Assembly: GCA_036380735.1 (NCBI GenBank)
Contig: DASVEE010000045.1
Location: 77,424 to 141,423 of the forward strand
Direction of reading: 5' to 3'
Origin: Thermoanaerobaculia bacterium
GTDB lineage: Bacteria > Acidobacteriota > Thermoanaerobaculia > Gp7-AA8
DNA: 64,000 nucleotides
The translations under genes were made by a program, and so were the position numbers. The notes beneath the pieces are model-generated. The model did not search any database. It saw only the letters and a program-made list of their open reading frames with translations, and was not told the origin of the DNA. The stretch's first letter is position 1. Every line of letters begins with the position of its first letter. Shown piece after piece: positions 17,953 to 26,433 of this stretch.

Positions 17953-18072
17953 TTCTCCCTAGTCCACCGGTCGTAGAGCCCCCCGCCGAAATCTTCCCTT
18001 CCGAGGAGTTTCGGACGTCATTTCTCCACGGCGTGAAGCGATCCTCGGTCTCACAGAGGTGACCGAGGGACG

Positions 18073-18666
18073 ATGGTCCCCGTGACGAAGACGAATCCTC
18101 GCAGGATCGATGGTCCGTGGGTGGACGGACGTGTCCTCGATCTTCACTCCACCGGCAGCGAGTTTCTCGGGTGCGACGGGTTCGGCCACGAGCAGTTCGA
18201 TACCCATCGGACCGAGGTGGGGGAGTTGCTGTACCGGCTGAAGTATCGGAATGATGCGACGGCGACCGGCCCGCTCGTCGCCGTCGCCGAGGAGTTCATC
18301 CGGCGGTGGCGGATCGACTTCGACGTCATCGTTCCCGTGCCGCCGACACGACTCCGGTGCGTGCAGCCGCTCCATCAGCTCGTCGAGGAACTGGGCCGGC
18401 GGCTCGGCGTTCCGGTGGTGAAAGCGGTGACGAAGAACGCCGCCAGCGCAGCGGAGCTGAAGAACCTGCACGACTACCCCGAACGGGAAGCGGTACTGGA
18501 GGGCGCCCTCTCCGTCGAGAGCGAGTCGATCGTCGAGAAACGCGTGCTGCTCGTGGACGATTTGATCCGTTCCGGTGCTACGCTGAACGCTGTTGCGGCC
18601 GCGCTTTCCAACGCCGGAGCCGCCACTCTTTTTGCATTCGCTTTCACGAGGACGAGACGTCAATGA
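18073..18666 (+). CDS. ComF-like type I phosphoribosyltransferase (candidate ShosT-like toxin)
   Basis: PRPP loop VLLVDDLIRSGATL. VPVPP motif as in ComF/PRTases. No N-terminal Cys4 finger. Confidence 0.7.
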   Translation: MVPVTKTNPRRIDGPWVDGRVLDLHSTGSEFLGCDGFGHEQFDTHRTEVGELLYRLKYRNDATATGPLVAVAEEFIRRWRIDFDVIVPVPPTRLRCVQPLHQLVEELGRRLGVPVVKAVTKNAASAAELKNLHDYPEREAVLEGALSVESESIVEKRVLLVDDLIRSGATLNAVAAALSNAGAATLFAFAFTRTRRQ

Positions 18667-19205
18667 AGAAGGTCTTCCTCTCCGGTTCGCGCCGTCTCAC
18701 CCGGCTTCCAATCGAGGTCAGTCACCGGCTCGACGAGATGATCCGCCGGGAGCTGACGATTTTCGTTGGCGATGCGAACGGTGCGGACAAGGCGATGCAG
18801 ACTTACTTCGCCGCGCGGCAGTACGCGGACGTCCTGGTCTTCTGCAGCGGCGGGCTTTGCCGCAACAATGTCGGACGCTGGCCGGTGCGCACGGTTACGG
18901 CGCCGCATCGGGCCCGCGATTTCGCGTTCTTCACCGCCAAGGACGCGGCGATGGCCCACGAAGCGGACATCGGTCTGGCGCTGTGGGATGGCCAGAGCTT
19001 CGGGACGGTCGTGAACGTCGCGCGTCTCGTGGCGCATGGCAAACGTGCCGTCATCTACATCGCACCCGAACAACGATTCTCGACGGTCAGTACACCAGAG
19101 GACGTGCGCTCCCTGCTGATGAGCGTGTCGTCGGATGTCCGCGTGAAGGCGGAGGCGTACATTCACGAGCACGTCGCCGGGTACACCCAGCCGCCGATGT
19201 TCTGA
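18663..19205 (+). CDS. SLOG/DprA-like Rossmann protein (candidate ShosA-like partner)
   Basis: VFLSGSR...IFVGDANGADKAMQ resembles the DprA/SLOG G-x-G-x-D nucleotide-binding loop. ATGA overlap with the PRTase gene. Confidence 0.55.
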   Translation: MKKVFLSGSRRLTRLPIEVSHRLDEMIRRELTIFVGDANGADKAMQTYFAARQYADVLVFCSGGLCRNNVGRWPVRTVTAPHRARDFAFFTAKDAAMAHEADIGLALWDGQSFGTVVNVARLVAHGKRAVIYIAPEQRFSTVSTPEDVRSLLMSVSSDVRVKAEAYIHEHVAGYTQPPMF

Positions 19206-19210
19206 AGCGG

Positions 19211-19248
19211 CCATCCGGTCCCCCCTCCGACCGTCCCATCCGTCCCAT
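19211..19248. repeat. Family-B repeat, degenerate copy
   Basis: ccatccggtcccccctccgaccgtcccatccgtcccat. Confidence 0.5.
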
Positions 19249-19263
19249 GTTAGGCTGCACCGC

Positions 19264-19695
19264 ATGGTGTCGTACTTCCCCGCCCTGAACGCTTCCCTCA
19301 ACGCGCTCAGCGGCGTCCTTCTCCTGATCGCGTTCGTCTTCATCAAGCAGCGGAACATCGACTGGCACCGGCGGTTCATGCTGGCCGCGTGCTCCACGTC
19401 GGTGCTCTTCCTGATCTCGTACGTCACGTACCACACGCTGCGCGGCGGCGTCGTGACGCGGTTTACCGGCACGGGGACGATCCGGACGGTCTATTTCGCG
19501 ATCCTCACCTCGCACACGATCCTCGCGGTCGTGATCCTGCCGCTGGCCATCATGTCCGTCTACAACGGGCTGAAGATGCGGGTACCGCAGCACCGGCGGG
19601 TGGCGCGGTGGACGTTCCCGCTATGGATGTACGTATCGGTTACCGGCGTGCTCGTCTATTTCTTCCTCTATCATTGGTACCCGTCGCACGGATGA
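19264..19695 (+). CDS. DUF420 membrane protein (oxidase-associated family)
   Basis: Four helices. N-terminus FPALNASLNALSGVLLLIAFVFIK is typical of DUF420. Confidence 0.7.
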   Translation: MVSYFPALNASLNALSGVLLLIAFVFIKQRNIDWHRRFMLAACSTSVLFLISYVTYHTLRGGVVTRFTGTGTIRTVYFAILTSHTILAVVILPLAIMSVYNGLKMRVPQHRRVARWTFPLWMYVSVTGVLVYFFLYHWYPSHG

Positions 19696-20255
19696 CACGT
19701 CACGAATCCCTTTTCGCTCAACTGAAGGCCCACGCCCCGTTCGACCGGGTCGAGGCCGGCCATCGCGCGGCGATGGTCAACCTCCTCACGAACGCAGCCG
19801 ATCCGTTCTCGCGCGGGCACTTCGCGCCGGGGCATTTCACCGCCAGCCTCTACATCGTCGATGACGGCGGACGCCTCCTCCTCCATCACCACCGCCGGCT
19901 GAACCGCTGGCTGCAGATGGGTGGGCACGTCGAAGCCGGCGAGCTCCCCGCGCTCGCCGCGCTGCGCGAGGGGAGGGAGGAGTCGGGGCTCGCCGATCTG
20001 GAGCTCGTCGGCGACCTCTTCGACCTCGACATCCATCCGATTCCCGCTGGCAAGGGTGAGCCCGACCACCACCATTTCGACGTCCGCTATCTCGCCCGGA
20101 CGCGGACGCCGGAGGCGATCGTCCTGGACGAAGCGGAGTCGAAAGAGCTGGCGTGGCTCCCTCTCGACCGTGCGGAGGAGCTGATGCACGCGCCGGAGTC
20201 CTCACGCGTGATTCGTAAAATCGAGCGTATGCTCACGCGCAGGAGTTGGTCGTGA
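19692..20255 (+). CDS. Nudix hydrolase
   Basis: Nudix box GHVEAGELPALAALREGREESGL. ATGA overlap with the upstream gene. Confidence 0.85.
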   Translation: MTRHESLFAQLKAHAPFDRVEAGHRAAMVNLLTNAADPFSRGHFAPGHFTASLYIVDDGGRLLLHHHRRLNRWLQMGGHVEAGELPALAALREGREESGLADLELVGDLFDLDIHPIPAGKGEPDHHHFDVRYLARTRTPEAIVLDEAESKELAWLPLDRAEELMHAPESSRVIRKIERMLTRRSWS

Positions 20256-20860
20256 ACCGAGAGTTGCTCGAGAACGCAGTCGAAGCCAGTCCCTTCGCGC
20301 AGTTCGCGCGATGGTTCGAAGAAGCGAAGCGGCGGCAGCCGGAGCTGCCGGAGGCGATGACGCTGTCCACCTGCGGCGAGGACGGCGTGGTCACGTCACG
20401 CGTCGTGCTGCTCAAGGGCTTCGACGACCACGGCTTCGTCTTCTTCACGAACTACAACAGCCGCAAGGCCTCCCAACTGCGCGAGAACCCCCGTGCCTCG
20501 CTGGCGTTCTTCTGGCCGGTGCTCGAGCGGCAGGTGCGTATCGAAGGGGTGGCGGTGAAGACGACGGAAGAAGAGTCCGACGCCTACTTTGCGACGCGCC
20601 CCCGCGGCAGCCAGCTCGGCGCCTGGGCCTCCTTCCAGAGCAACGTCATCCCCGGCCGCGGCGACCTCGACCAGCGCTTCGCGGAGCTTGAGCGCTGCTA
20701 CCAGGACCGCCCCGTCCCACGCCCCCCGCACTGGGGCGGCTACCGCGTCATCCCCGTCCTGATCGAGTTCTGGCAGGGAAGGTCCGACCGCCTGCACGAT
20801 CGCGTGCGCTACCGCCTGAGGGAGCCGAAGGACTGGATCATCGAGCGGTTGTCGCCGTAG
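20246..20860 (+). CDS. pdxH: Pyridoxamine 5'-phosphate oxidase
   Basis: FVFFTNYNSRKA, RIEG, YFATRPRGSQLGAWAS, WGGYRV, IEFWQGR. Confidence 0.9.
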   Translation: MVVNRELLENAVEASPFAQFARWFEEAKRRQPELPEAMTLSTCGEDGVVTSRVVLLKGFDDHGFVFFTNYNSRKASQLRENPRASLAFFWPVLERQVRIEGVAVKTTEEESDAYFATRPRGSQLGAWASFQSNVIPGRGDLDQRFAELERCYQDRPVPRPPHWGGYRVIPVLIEFWQGRSDRLHDRVRYRLREPKDWIIERLSP

Positions 20861-20911
20861 GGGCGGGGGAGACGATGGCGGCTGGTCCGGCCATTGCTCC
20901 CCGAAACGTCC

Positions 20912-21415
20912 ATGGCAGACGCAACGAAGCTCGACAAGCTCTACGATCTCATCGAGGACATCGAAGTGGCGATGTTCACGACGCGCCGCTCGGACGGCCA
21001 CCTCGTCTCACGCCCCATGGCCACGCAGCGGCGCGCGTCGGGCGCCGATCTCTGGTTCGTCACCGACCGCGCCTCCGGGAAGCTGGAGGAGATCGGCGAT
21101 AACCCTCAGGTCAACCTGGCCTACTACAAGGACCGCACTCGGGAGTGGGTGTCGGTTTCCGGCCGCGCCCGCATCGTCGATGACCGCGACAAGATCGGGG
21201 AGCTCTACGCCCCCGACTGGCGCGCCTGGTTCGGCGACGAAGGCGGCGAAAAGGACGGCACCCCCGAAGATCCGCGCATCGTGCTGATCGCGGTCGACAT
21301 CGACCTAGCGATGTTCCTGCAGATCAACAAACCGCAGCCGGTCGTGCTCTTCGAAGTGGTGAAGGGGATGGTGACGGGCAAGCCGCCGGACGTGGGACAG
21401 GTGGAAAGCCTCTAG
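20912..21415 (+). CDS. PNPOx-like FMN-binding split-barrel protein (general stress protein 26-like)
   Basis: VAMFTTRRSDGHLVSRPM, NLAYYKDRTREWVSVSGRA. Confidence 0.7.
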   Translation: MADATKLDKLYDLIEDIEVAMFTTRRSDGHLVSRPMATQRRASGADLWFVTDRASGKLEEIGDNPQVNLAYYKDRTREWVSVSGRARIVDDRDKIGELYAPDWRAWFGDEGGEKDGTPEDPRIVLIAVDIDLAMFLQINKPQPVVLFEVVKGMVTGKPPDVGQVESL

Positions 21416-21419
21416 AACC

Positions 21420-21510
21420 CATAGGACGAATAGGACGAATGGGACAGATAGGACGGATGGGACTCTCATCGGTCCTATTCGTCCTATAGGTCCCATTCGT
21501 CCTATCGTTC
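21420..21510. repeat. Family-B nonamer palindromic repeat (compact full copy)
   Basis: Left arm cataggacgaataggacgaatgggacagataggacggatgggac, 7-nt loop, right arm ggtcctattcgtcctataggtcccattcgtcctatcgttc. Confidence 0.9.
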
Positions 21511-21541
21511 TCCTTCGCGATCGGTCGGATAGACTTCCCCC

Positions 21542-21958
21542 ATGAAGAAACGCATCCTCTTCCTTTGCACCGGCAACGCGGCCCGTTCCCAGATGGCGGA
21601 AGCGATCGCCAACGCGTTTCATGGCGACGTCGTGGAAGCCGTCTCCGCCGGCTCGCGGCCGACCGGCTGGGTACACCCGCTGGCGATCCGGACGATGGCG
21701 GAGGTTGGCGTCGACATCAACAGCGCCGAATCCAAGTCGGCGGACAAGTTCGTCAACGAGCCGTTCGACGTCGTCGTGACGGTGTGCGACTCCGCGGCGC
21801 AGGACTGCCCCCTCTGGCCCGGCGCCAAACGCATCGAGCACTGGCCCATCGTCGATCCATCCTACGGCCCCGACGATCCCGCCACGCGCCCCGACCGCTT
21901 CGTGGAGACGCGGAAAGAGCTGGAACGCCGCATCGAAGAACTGGTGCAGACGCTTTAG
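21542..21958 (+). CDS. arsC: Arsenate reductase, LMW-PTP type
   Basis: P-loop LCTGNAARS, plus downstream Cys residues. Confidence 0.85.
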   Translation: MKKRILFLCTGNAARSQMAEAIANAFHGDVVEAVSAGSRPTGWVHPLAIRTMAEVGVDINSAESKSADKFVNEPFDVVVTVCDSAAQDCPLWPGAKRIEHWPIVDPSYGPDDPATRPDRFVETRKELERRIEELVQTL

Positions 21959-21971
21959 CCGACGACGTCCG

Positions 21972-22850
21972 CTACAGCGGCGTCACCGTATCCGGCACCA
22001 GTACGCGCAACGACTGCGGCACGATGCGCACGTGCAGCTCTTCGCCGAGGGTGACGGGCTCGCCGTCGAGGTGGGCGGGGCCGGCGGCGGGGCGGCGGAT
22101 CGTGATCTCTTTCGCGTGCAGGTTCGTCACGCCGTTCGCGCGGTGGAACGTGCCGGTGAAGAGGCGCGCGATGAGCAGCGGCGCGGCGAAGAGCGTGGCG
22201 TCGTCGACGATGACCACGTCGAGCAGCCCGTCCTGCAATGACGCCAGCGGTGCGATGCGTGCGTCGTTGCCGTACTGGCTGGAGTTGGCGATGGCGATGA
22301 CGGTGGCGCGCTTGTGCAGCGGCGTGCCGTCGATCGTGAGGTCGTACTCCTCCGCCTTGAACTCGCTGAACGCGCGCAGCCCTTCGCGCACGTACGTCTG
22401 CAGGCCGCGCACGTTGCTGGACGCGAAGCGGTCGGCGACCACGGCGTCGAAGCCGATGCCCATGACGCCGACGAACGGGATCCCGTTCACCTCGGCCGAG
22501 TCGATGGTGACGATGCGGCCGCCATGGCAGCAGGAGATCGACGCCGCCGGCTCGAGCGGCAGCGCGAGGTGCCGCGCGAAACCGTTGCCGCTGCCGATGG
22601 GGAGCACGCCAAGGGCGAGCTTGCGGTGTATGAGGCGCTTGGCGATCTCGTGGACCGTGCCGTCGCCGCCGACCGCGTGCACCACGTCGAAGCCGCGCGC
22701 CTCCGCGTCGTCGAGGATCGCGTCGAGGTCTTCCTTCCGCTGACAGCCGGCGATCTCGTGCTCCCACGAGCAGGAATCGCGGATCAGCGCGTGAATGTCG
22801 TAACCGCGCTTCGCGCCGGAGCGTTCGTTGACCAGGAAGAGGGATTTCAT
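21972..22850 (-). CDS. Diacylglycerol/lipid kinase family protein
   Basis: HAVGGDGTVHEI, GVLPIGSGNGFARHL. ATG at 22850; the longer track ORF upstream is repeat-encoded. Confidence 0.85.
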   Translation of the reverse strand: MKSLFLVNERSGAKRGYDIHALIRDSCSWEHEIAGCQRKEDLDAILDDAEARGFDVVHAVGGDGTVHEIAKRLIHRKLALGVLPIGSGNGFARHLALPLEPAASISCCHGGRIVTIDSAEVNGIPFVGVMGIGFDAVVADRFASSNVRGLQTYVREGLRAFSEFKAEEYDLTIDGTPLHKRATVIAIANSSQYGNDARIAPLASLQDGLLDVVIVDDATLFAAPLLIARLFTGTFHRANGVTNLHAKEITIRRPAAGPAHLDGEPVTLGEELHVRIVPQSLRVLVPDTVTPL

Positions 22851-22856
22851 GCGCAC

Positions 22857-22948
22857 GGCGTTGTCCGTTGACCGTTGTCCGTGGTCCGTGCTGCGCGGTG
22901 CGCCGGGCGCAGCACGGAAAACGGACAACGGAAAACGGACAACGGACC
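22857..22948. repeat. Family-A heptamer palindromic repeat
   Basis: ggcgttgtccgttgaccgttgtccgtggtccgtgctgcgc / loop / gcgcagcacggaaaacggacaacggaaaacggacaacggacc. Confidence 0.85.
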
Positions 22949-22959
22949 TCCGATCGTTC

Positions 22960-23613
22960 TCATGCCACCAACGCCTCCCGGTGCCGGTCGATCCACCACG
23001 CCCACGGCACGAACAGCCACGCCGCCATGGCGCCCCAGGCGATGGCGCGCCAGTCGTTTGGCGGTGTGGTGGTCGCATTGGCGGCGAAGACCACCAGCAG
23101 GAAGATCACGTACGCCCACAGTCCGATCGAGCCGATCTTGTCGCGCGCTCGCGTCGAGCGGAGATAGATGTACGTCGCGGTGAGGAACAGCACGACCTCC
23201 ACGATCACCGTGGCGAACACCGACATCCACAGCCCCATCCCCACCTTACGGCCGCCGGGATAAAGCGGCAGGTCGGGGCGATGGGCGAGGTAGTCGAGGA
23301 ACCAGTGGCTGGCGACGAGGATGCCGACCGCGATCGCGCCGTGCGTGAACTTCGTCTTCAGCCGGTAGGCGAGGGCGAACAGCACGGACCAGAGCACGAC
23401 CAGCGCGAGGCTGTGCGTCCACGGATAGTCGATGAAGTCGAGCGGCGTGAACGCGGTGTTGCCCGGCGCGACGCGCACGCGCTCGACGCCGAGCAGCAGC
23501 AGGATCGGCCACGCCAGATCGAGCAGCGTCGCGGCGGCGATGAGCGTGCCCAGCGAGGTGCGGGGCGTCAGGTTCTTGGCGGCGAGAGCCGCGGCGTGAT
23601 GACCCAGAAACAT
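22960..23613 (-). CDS. Polytopic membrane protein of unknown function
   Basis: MFLGHHAAALAAK start and six or more hydrophobic helices. TAATG overlap with the MarC gene. Confidence 0.55.
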   Translation of the reverse strand: MFLGHHAAALAAKNLTPRTSLGTLIAAATLLDLAWPILLLLGVERVRVAPGNTAFTPLDFIDYPWTHSLALVVLWSVLFALAYRLKTKFTHGAIAVGILVASHWFLDYLAHRPDLPLYPGGRKVGMGLWMSVFATVIVEVVLFLTATYIYLRSTRARDKIGSIGLWAYVIFLLVVFAANATTTPPNDWRAIAWGAMAAWLFVPWAWWIDRHREALVA

Positions 23614-24287
23614 TAGGCGGCCTTGATGATCTCGGTGAGCACCGGTTTCACTCCGTTGATGATGAACTGGATGCCGATCGCACCCAGCAGCAGCGCCATG
23701 ACCTTGGCGAACACGGCGCGCCCGCGGTCGCCCATGACGCGCGACAGCGGCACGGCCGCCAGCAGCACGACGTAGCACACCGCCCCGACCGCGATGATGC
23801 CGGTGATGACAGCGAGCTTCTGTTCGAGCCGCGGATGCAGGTTGACCAGCAGCATGACCGACGTGATGGCGCCGGGGCCGGAGAGCATCGGAATCGCCAG
23901 CGGCACGATCGCGATCGAGGCGGGGTCGAGCTCCGCGCGGTGCGCGTCCTTGTCGTCCACGCGCTTGTCGCCGCCGATGTTGTACGCCCGCCGGTCGTCC
24001 TGCTGCACGAGCGTCTTCAGCGCGTTCGAGAAGAAGATGATCCCGCCCATGATCTGGAACGCGGCGACGGTGATGCCGAAGAACTGAAACACCCAGTTGC
24101 CGGCGATGAGAAAGACGGTGAGCACCACGATGCAGGCGCTCGCCGCGACCAGCGCCACGCGCGCCCGCGTGGCCCGCGACGCGCCATCCGTGAGCGCCAC
24201 GAAGGACGGCACCACGGCCAGCGGGTTGACCATCGTGATCAACGTAACGAAGGAGACCAGGACCACTTCATACAACGGCAGCAGCAC
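23613..24287 (-). CDS. MarC-family (UPF0056) membrane protein
   Basis: FVTLITMVNPLAVVPSFVAL and PLAIPMLSGPGAITS motifs. Confidence 0.8.
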   Translation of the reverse strand: MLLPLYEVVLVSFVTLITMVNPLAVVPSFVALTDGASRATRARVALVAASACIVVLTVFLIAGNWVFQFFGITVAAFQIMGGIIFFSNALKTLVQQDDRRAYNIGGDKRVDDKDAHRAELDPASIAIVPLAIPMLSGPGAITSVMLLVNLHPRLEQKLAVITGIIAVGAVCYVVLLAAVPLSRVMGDRGRAVFAKVMALLLGAIGIQFIINGVKPVLTEIIKAA

Positions 24288-24309
24288 GGCGGCATTCTAT
24301 GCGGCGGAG

Positions 24310-24459
24310 GAACGATGGGACGAATGGGACGAATAGGACCTACAGGACCGATAGGCCTGCGAACGTTGCGCCCTCACCGCGGGTGGGCTCGGTGGTGGGG
24401 TGGGGACCTACCTATCTGTCCTATTCGTCCTATAGGTCCCATTCGTCCCATCGTTTTCC
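24310..24459. repeat. Family-B nonamer palindromic repeat (long-loop copy)
   Basis: Left arm gaacgatgggacgaatgggacgaataggacctacaggaccgataggcc, ~46-nt loop, right arm ggacctacctatctgtcctattcgtcctataggtcccattcgtcccatcgttttcc. Confidence 0.9.
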
Positions 24460-24466
24460 CTGTCCC

Positions 24467-24505
24467 CAAAACAAAAAAGCGGGCGCGCCCTTCGGACGCG
24501 CCCGC
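24467..24505 (-). terminator. Rho-independent terminator of 24530..25084
   Basis: On the minus strand: GCGGGCGCG-tccgaaggg-CGCGCCCGC followed by TTTTTTGTTTT. Confidence 0.7.
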
Positions 24506-24529
24506 TCCACAGTCACTACCTGACGCGCG

Positions 24530-25084
24530 CTACGCCGTCTGCTTCAACGTCCCCTCCGCGGCCTTCTCCGCGGCGCGGCGTGCCAGCGTCTCCGCCGACG
24601 GCTTCCGCCCCCGCCCCAGCGCGCGGCGCATGTCCGCCACGTGCGGCACCAGCTCCGCGCAGTCGCGGCGCTTGGCCAGGCGGCGCGCCAGCGCGTACAC
24701 CGTCAGCGTCTCGACGCCGGCCTTGTGCCGCGCCGCGCGCACGCTGTGGCGTACGAAGTGCGCCAGCGCCTCCAGCTCGTCGGCCAGCGGACCGAAGGCA
24801 TCCGCGTAGCTCATCAGGTCGCGGATCTCGTCTGCCGTGAGGCTTTGGCCGCGGGACAGCGTCTTCTGATGCGTCATCGCCATCGTCACCAGGGCGACGA
24901 ATTCCGGCGGCACCGAGGCCGCGCTGGCCATTTGTTGTGTCGCCAGCGTCTCGGGAACCACAAAGTACGGGATGGCAGCACGCATGGCACGCAACTCCTC
25001 CACGCGCGCCATCGCCAGGGCGGAGTACGGAAGCGGGGACGGTTCCACGACTGCAGACACAACTTTCTCGTTGTTGTTGCTCAT
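24530..25084 (-). CDS. Hypothetical protein (184 aa)
   Basis: AAGGAG SD sequence 6 nt before the ATG, and the terminator sits directly downstream. No family recognised. Confidence 0.6.
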   Translation of the reverse strand: MSNNNEKVVSAVVEPSPLPYSALAMARVEELRAMRAAIPYFVVPETLATQQMASAASVPPEFVALVTMAMTHQKTLSRGQSLTADEIRDLMSYADAFGPLADELEALAHFVRHSVRAARHKAGVETLTVYALARRLAKRRDCAELVPHVADMRRALGRGRKPSAETLARRAAEKAAEGTLKQTA

Positions 25085-25118
25085 AAAAGCTCCTTTTCTT
25101 TTTTCGATTTGCCGGTGG

Positions 25119-25796
25119 TCAGAGAAGGCAGATCGAAGAAAGAGGCGGAGCGCGCCCCTGCGAGGTACGCCTCGGGACCTTGACGGCGGCCGGACGGGGA
25201 GCCCGTCGCCGTCGTTTGAGCAAGACAGAGATGCGATCGCCGACGCGCGGCGTCAGCACCGTGAGGAACGGCCGAATCGCCGTCGGTCGTGGTGTGAGCG
25301 TGATGGTGAGCGGCCGCCGCGCCTCGTTCTCCGGCACCAGCGCGCCCGACTTCAGCCCCGCGAGGACGTTCTCGTGCATCGAGAAGACGGTCCCGGACGC
25401 CTCGTTGAGCGCCACGAGCATCTGGAACCAGCGCGTCGTCGTGGCGAGCATCGCCACCGGCGCGCCGGCGCCGCTCTCCGGCTCACGCACCACGCATGCG
25501 GTCCACTCATCCAGCGCCTCGGAGACGATCGCCAGCCGCGACGCGGCCACGCGCATGCGCGCCTCCGCGTGCTCCAGACTCTTCGAGCTGCGGATCGGCA
25601 GCCACCCCGCCGAGCGCTCCGACTTGGCGGCGGTCCTGAGCGCGGCGGTGATGAGCCGCCTGGAAGAGTCGAGCGCCCGTTGCGCCCGCCGCATCGAACG
25701 CACCCACGCCGCTGCCGGACGCGCCCCCTCGGGGCGTCCCTCCCGGCAGTTTGCGGTGGCGCTCTTGAGCGCCCGGGCATGGTTGCGCTTGCTCAT
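25119..25796 (-). CDS. Hypothetical protein (225 aa)
   Basis: ATG 25796 sits 7 nt after a -10 box. The central part looks protein-like; the ends are Arg-rich. No family recognised. Confidence 0.45.
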   Translation of the reverse strand: MSKRNHARALKSATANCREGRPEGARPAAAWVRSMRRAQRALDSSRRLITAALRTAAKSERSAGWLPIRSSKSLEHAEARMRVAASRLAIVSEALDEWTACVVREPESGAGAPVAMLATTTRWFQMLVALNEASGTVFSMHENVLAGLKSGALVPENEARRPLTITLTPRPTAIRPFLTVLTPRVGDRISVLLKRRRRAPRPAAVKVPRRTSQGRAPPLSSICLL

Positions 25797-25803
25797 CGGA
25801 GAC

Positions 25804-25832
25804 AATATCGGTCAATCATGTGTCGGTGTCAA
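25804..25832 (-). promoter_or_regulatory. Sigma70-type promoter, probably leaderless, for 25796 gene
   Basis: On the minus strand: TTGACA (25832-25827), 17 nt, GATATT (25809-25804), 7 nt, ATG. Confidence 0.5.
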
Positions 25833-25860
25833 GTACCAAGTGAACATTTATGTCGCTGAG

Positions 25861-26421
25861 TTGCTTTCGGGTCGAATGGAGGAGGCTTCAAGGCGTCGCG
25901 CGGACAGATCTTTCTGTCCAGCGAAGGTCTCAATCTCCTCGCCGACGGCAGCGATCTCCTCGCCGAGGGCAGCGATTCCTCGGGTCGAAGGGACATTTCT
26001 GTCCGTCGAGGGTAGCGATCTCCTCGCTGAGGGCAGGTATCCCTCGGATCGAAGGCACATTTCTGTCCGTGGAGGGGAAAGATCTCCTCGCCGAGGGCAG
26101 GTATCCCTCGCATCGAAGGGATTTTTCTGTCCGTGGCGGGGAAAGATCCCTTCGCTCGCAGGGAAACATCCCTCGCGCGAAGGCAAAGATCCCCTCGACG
26201 GGGAGAAACCTCCCTTCGGTCGAACAGAAACGTCCCCTCAAGGAGGAGAAACGTCCCCTCAAGGAGGAGAAACGTCCCCTCAGCGAGGAGAAATGTCACG
26301 TCGAGGCAGGGGATCGGTGCCGTCAACGAGGGGAAACGTCCCCTCAGCGAGGGGAAAGGTGCCTGCGGAGCAGGGGAAACGTGCCTTCGGTGGAGGCAAA
26401 GGTCCGCTCGCCGAACGATTC
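25861..26421. repeat. Array of ~26 tandem 21/22-nt mini-hairpin units (non-coding, not CRISPR)
   Basis: Hand-parsed units, e.g. cgTCCCCTCagcGAGGGGAaa. Three 64-nt higher-order copies at 25953-26144. All six frames are open across the region. Confidence 0.85.
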
Positions 26422-26433
26422 GACGGCCGGCGG

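Noticed and set aside
25861-26421. Hairpin array as a CRISPR array
   Set aside because: The units abut each other with a 21/22-nt period, there are no unique spacers, and no cas genes are in the window.
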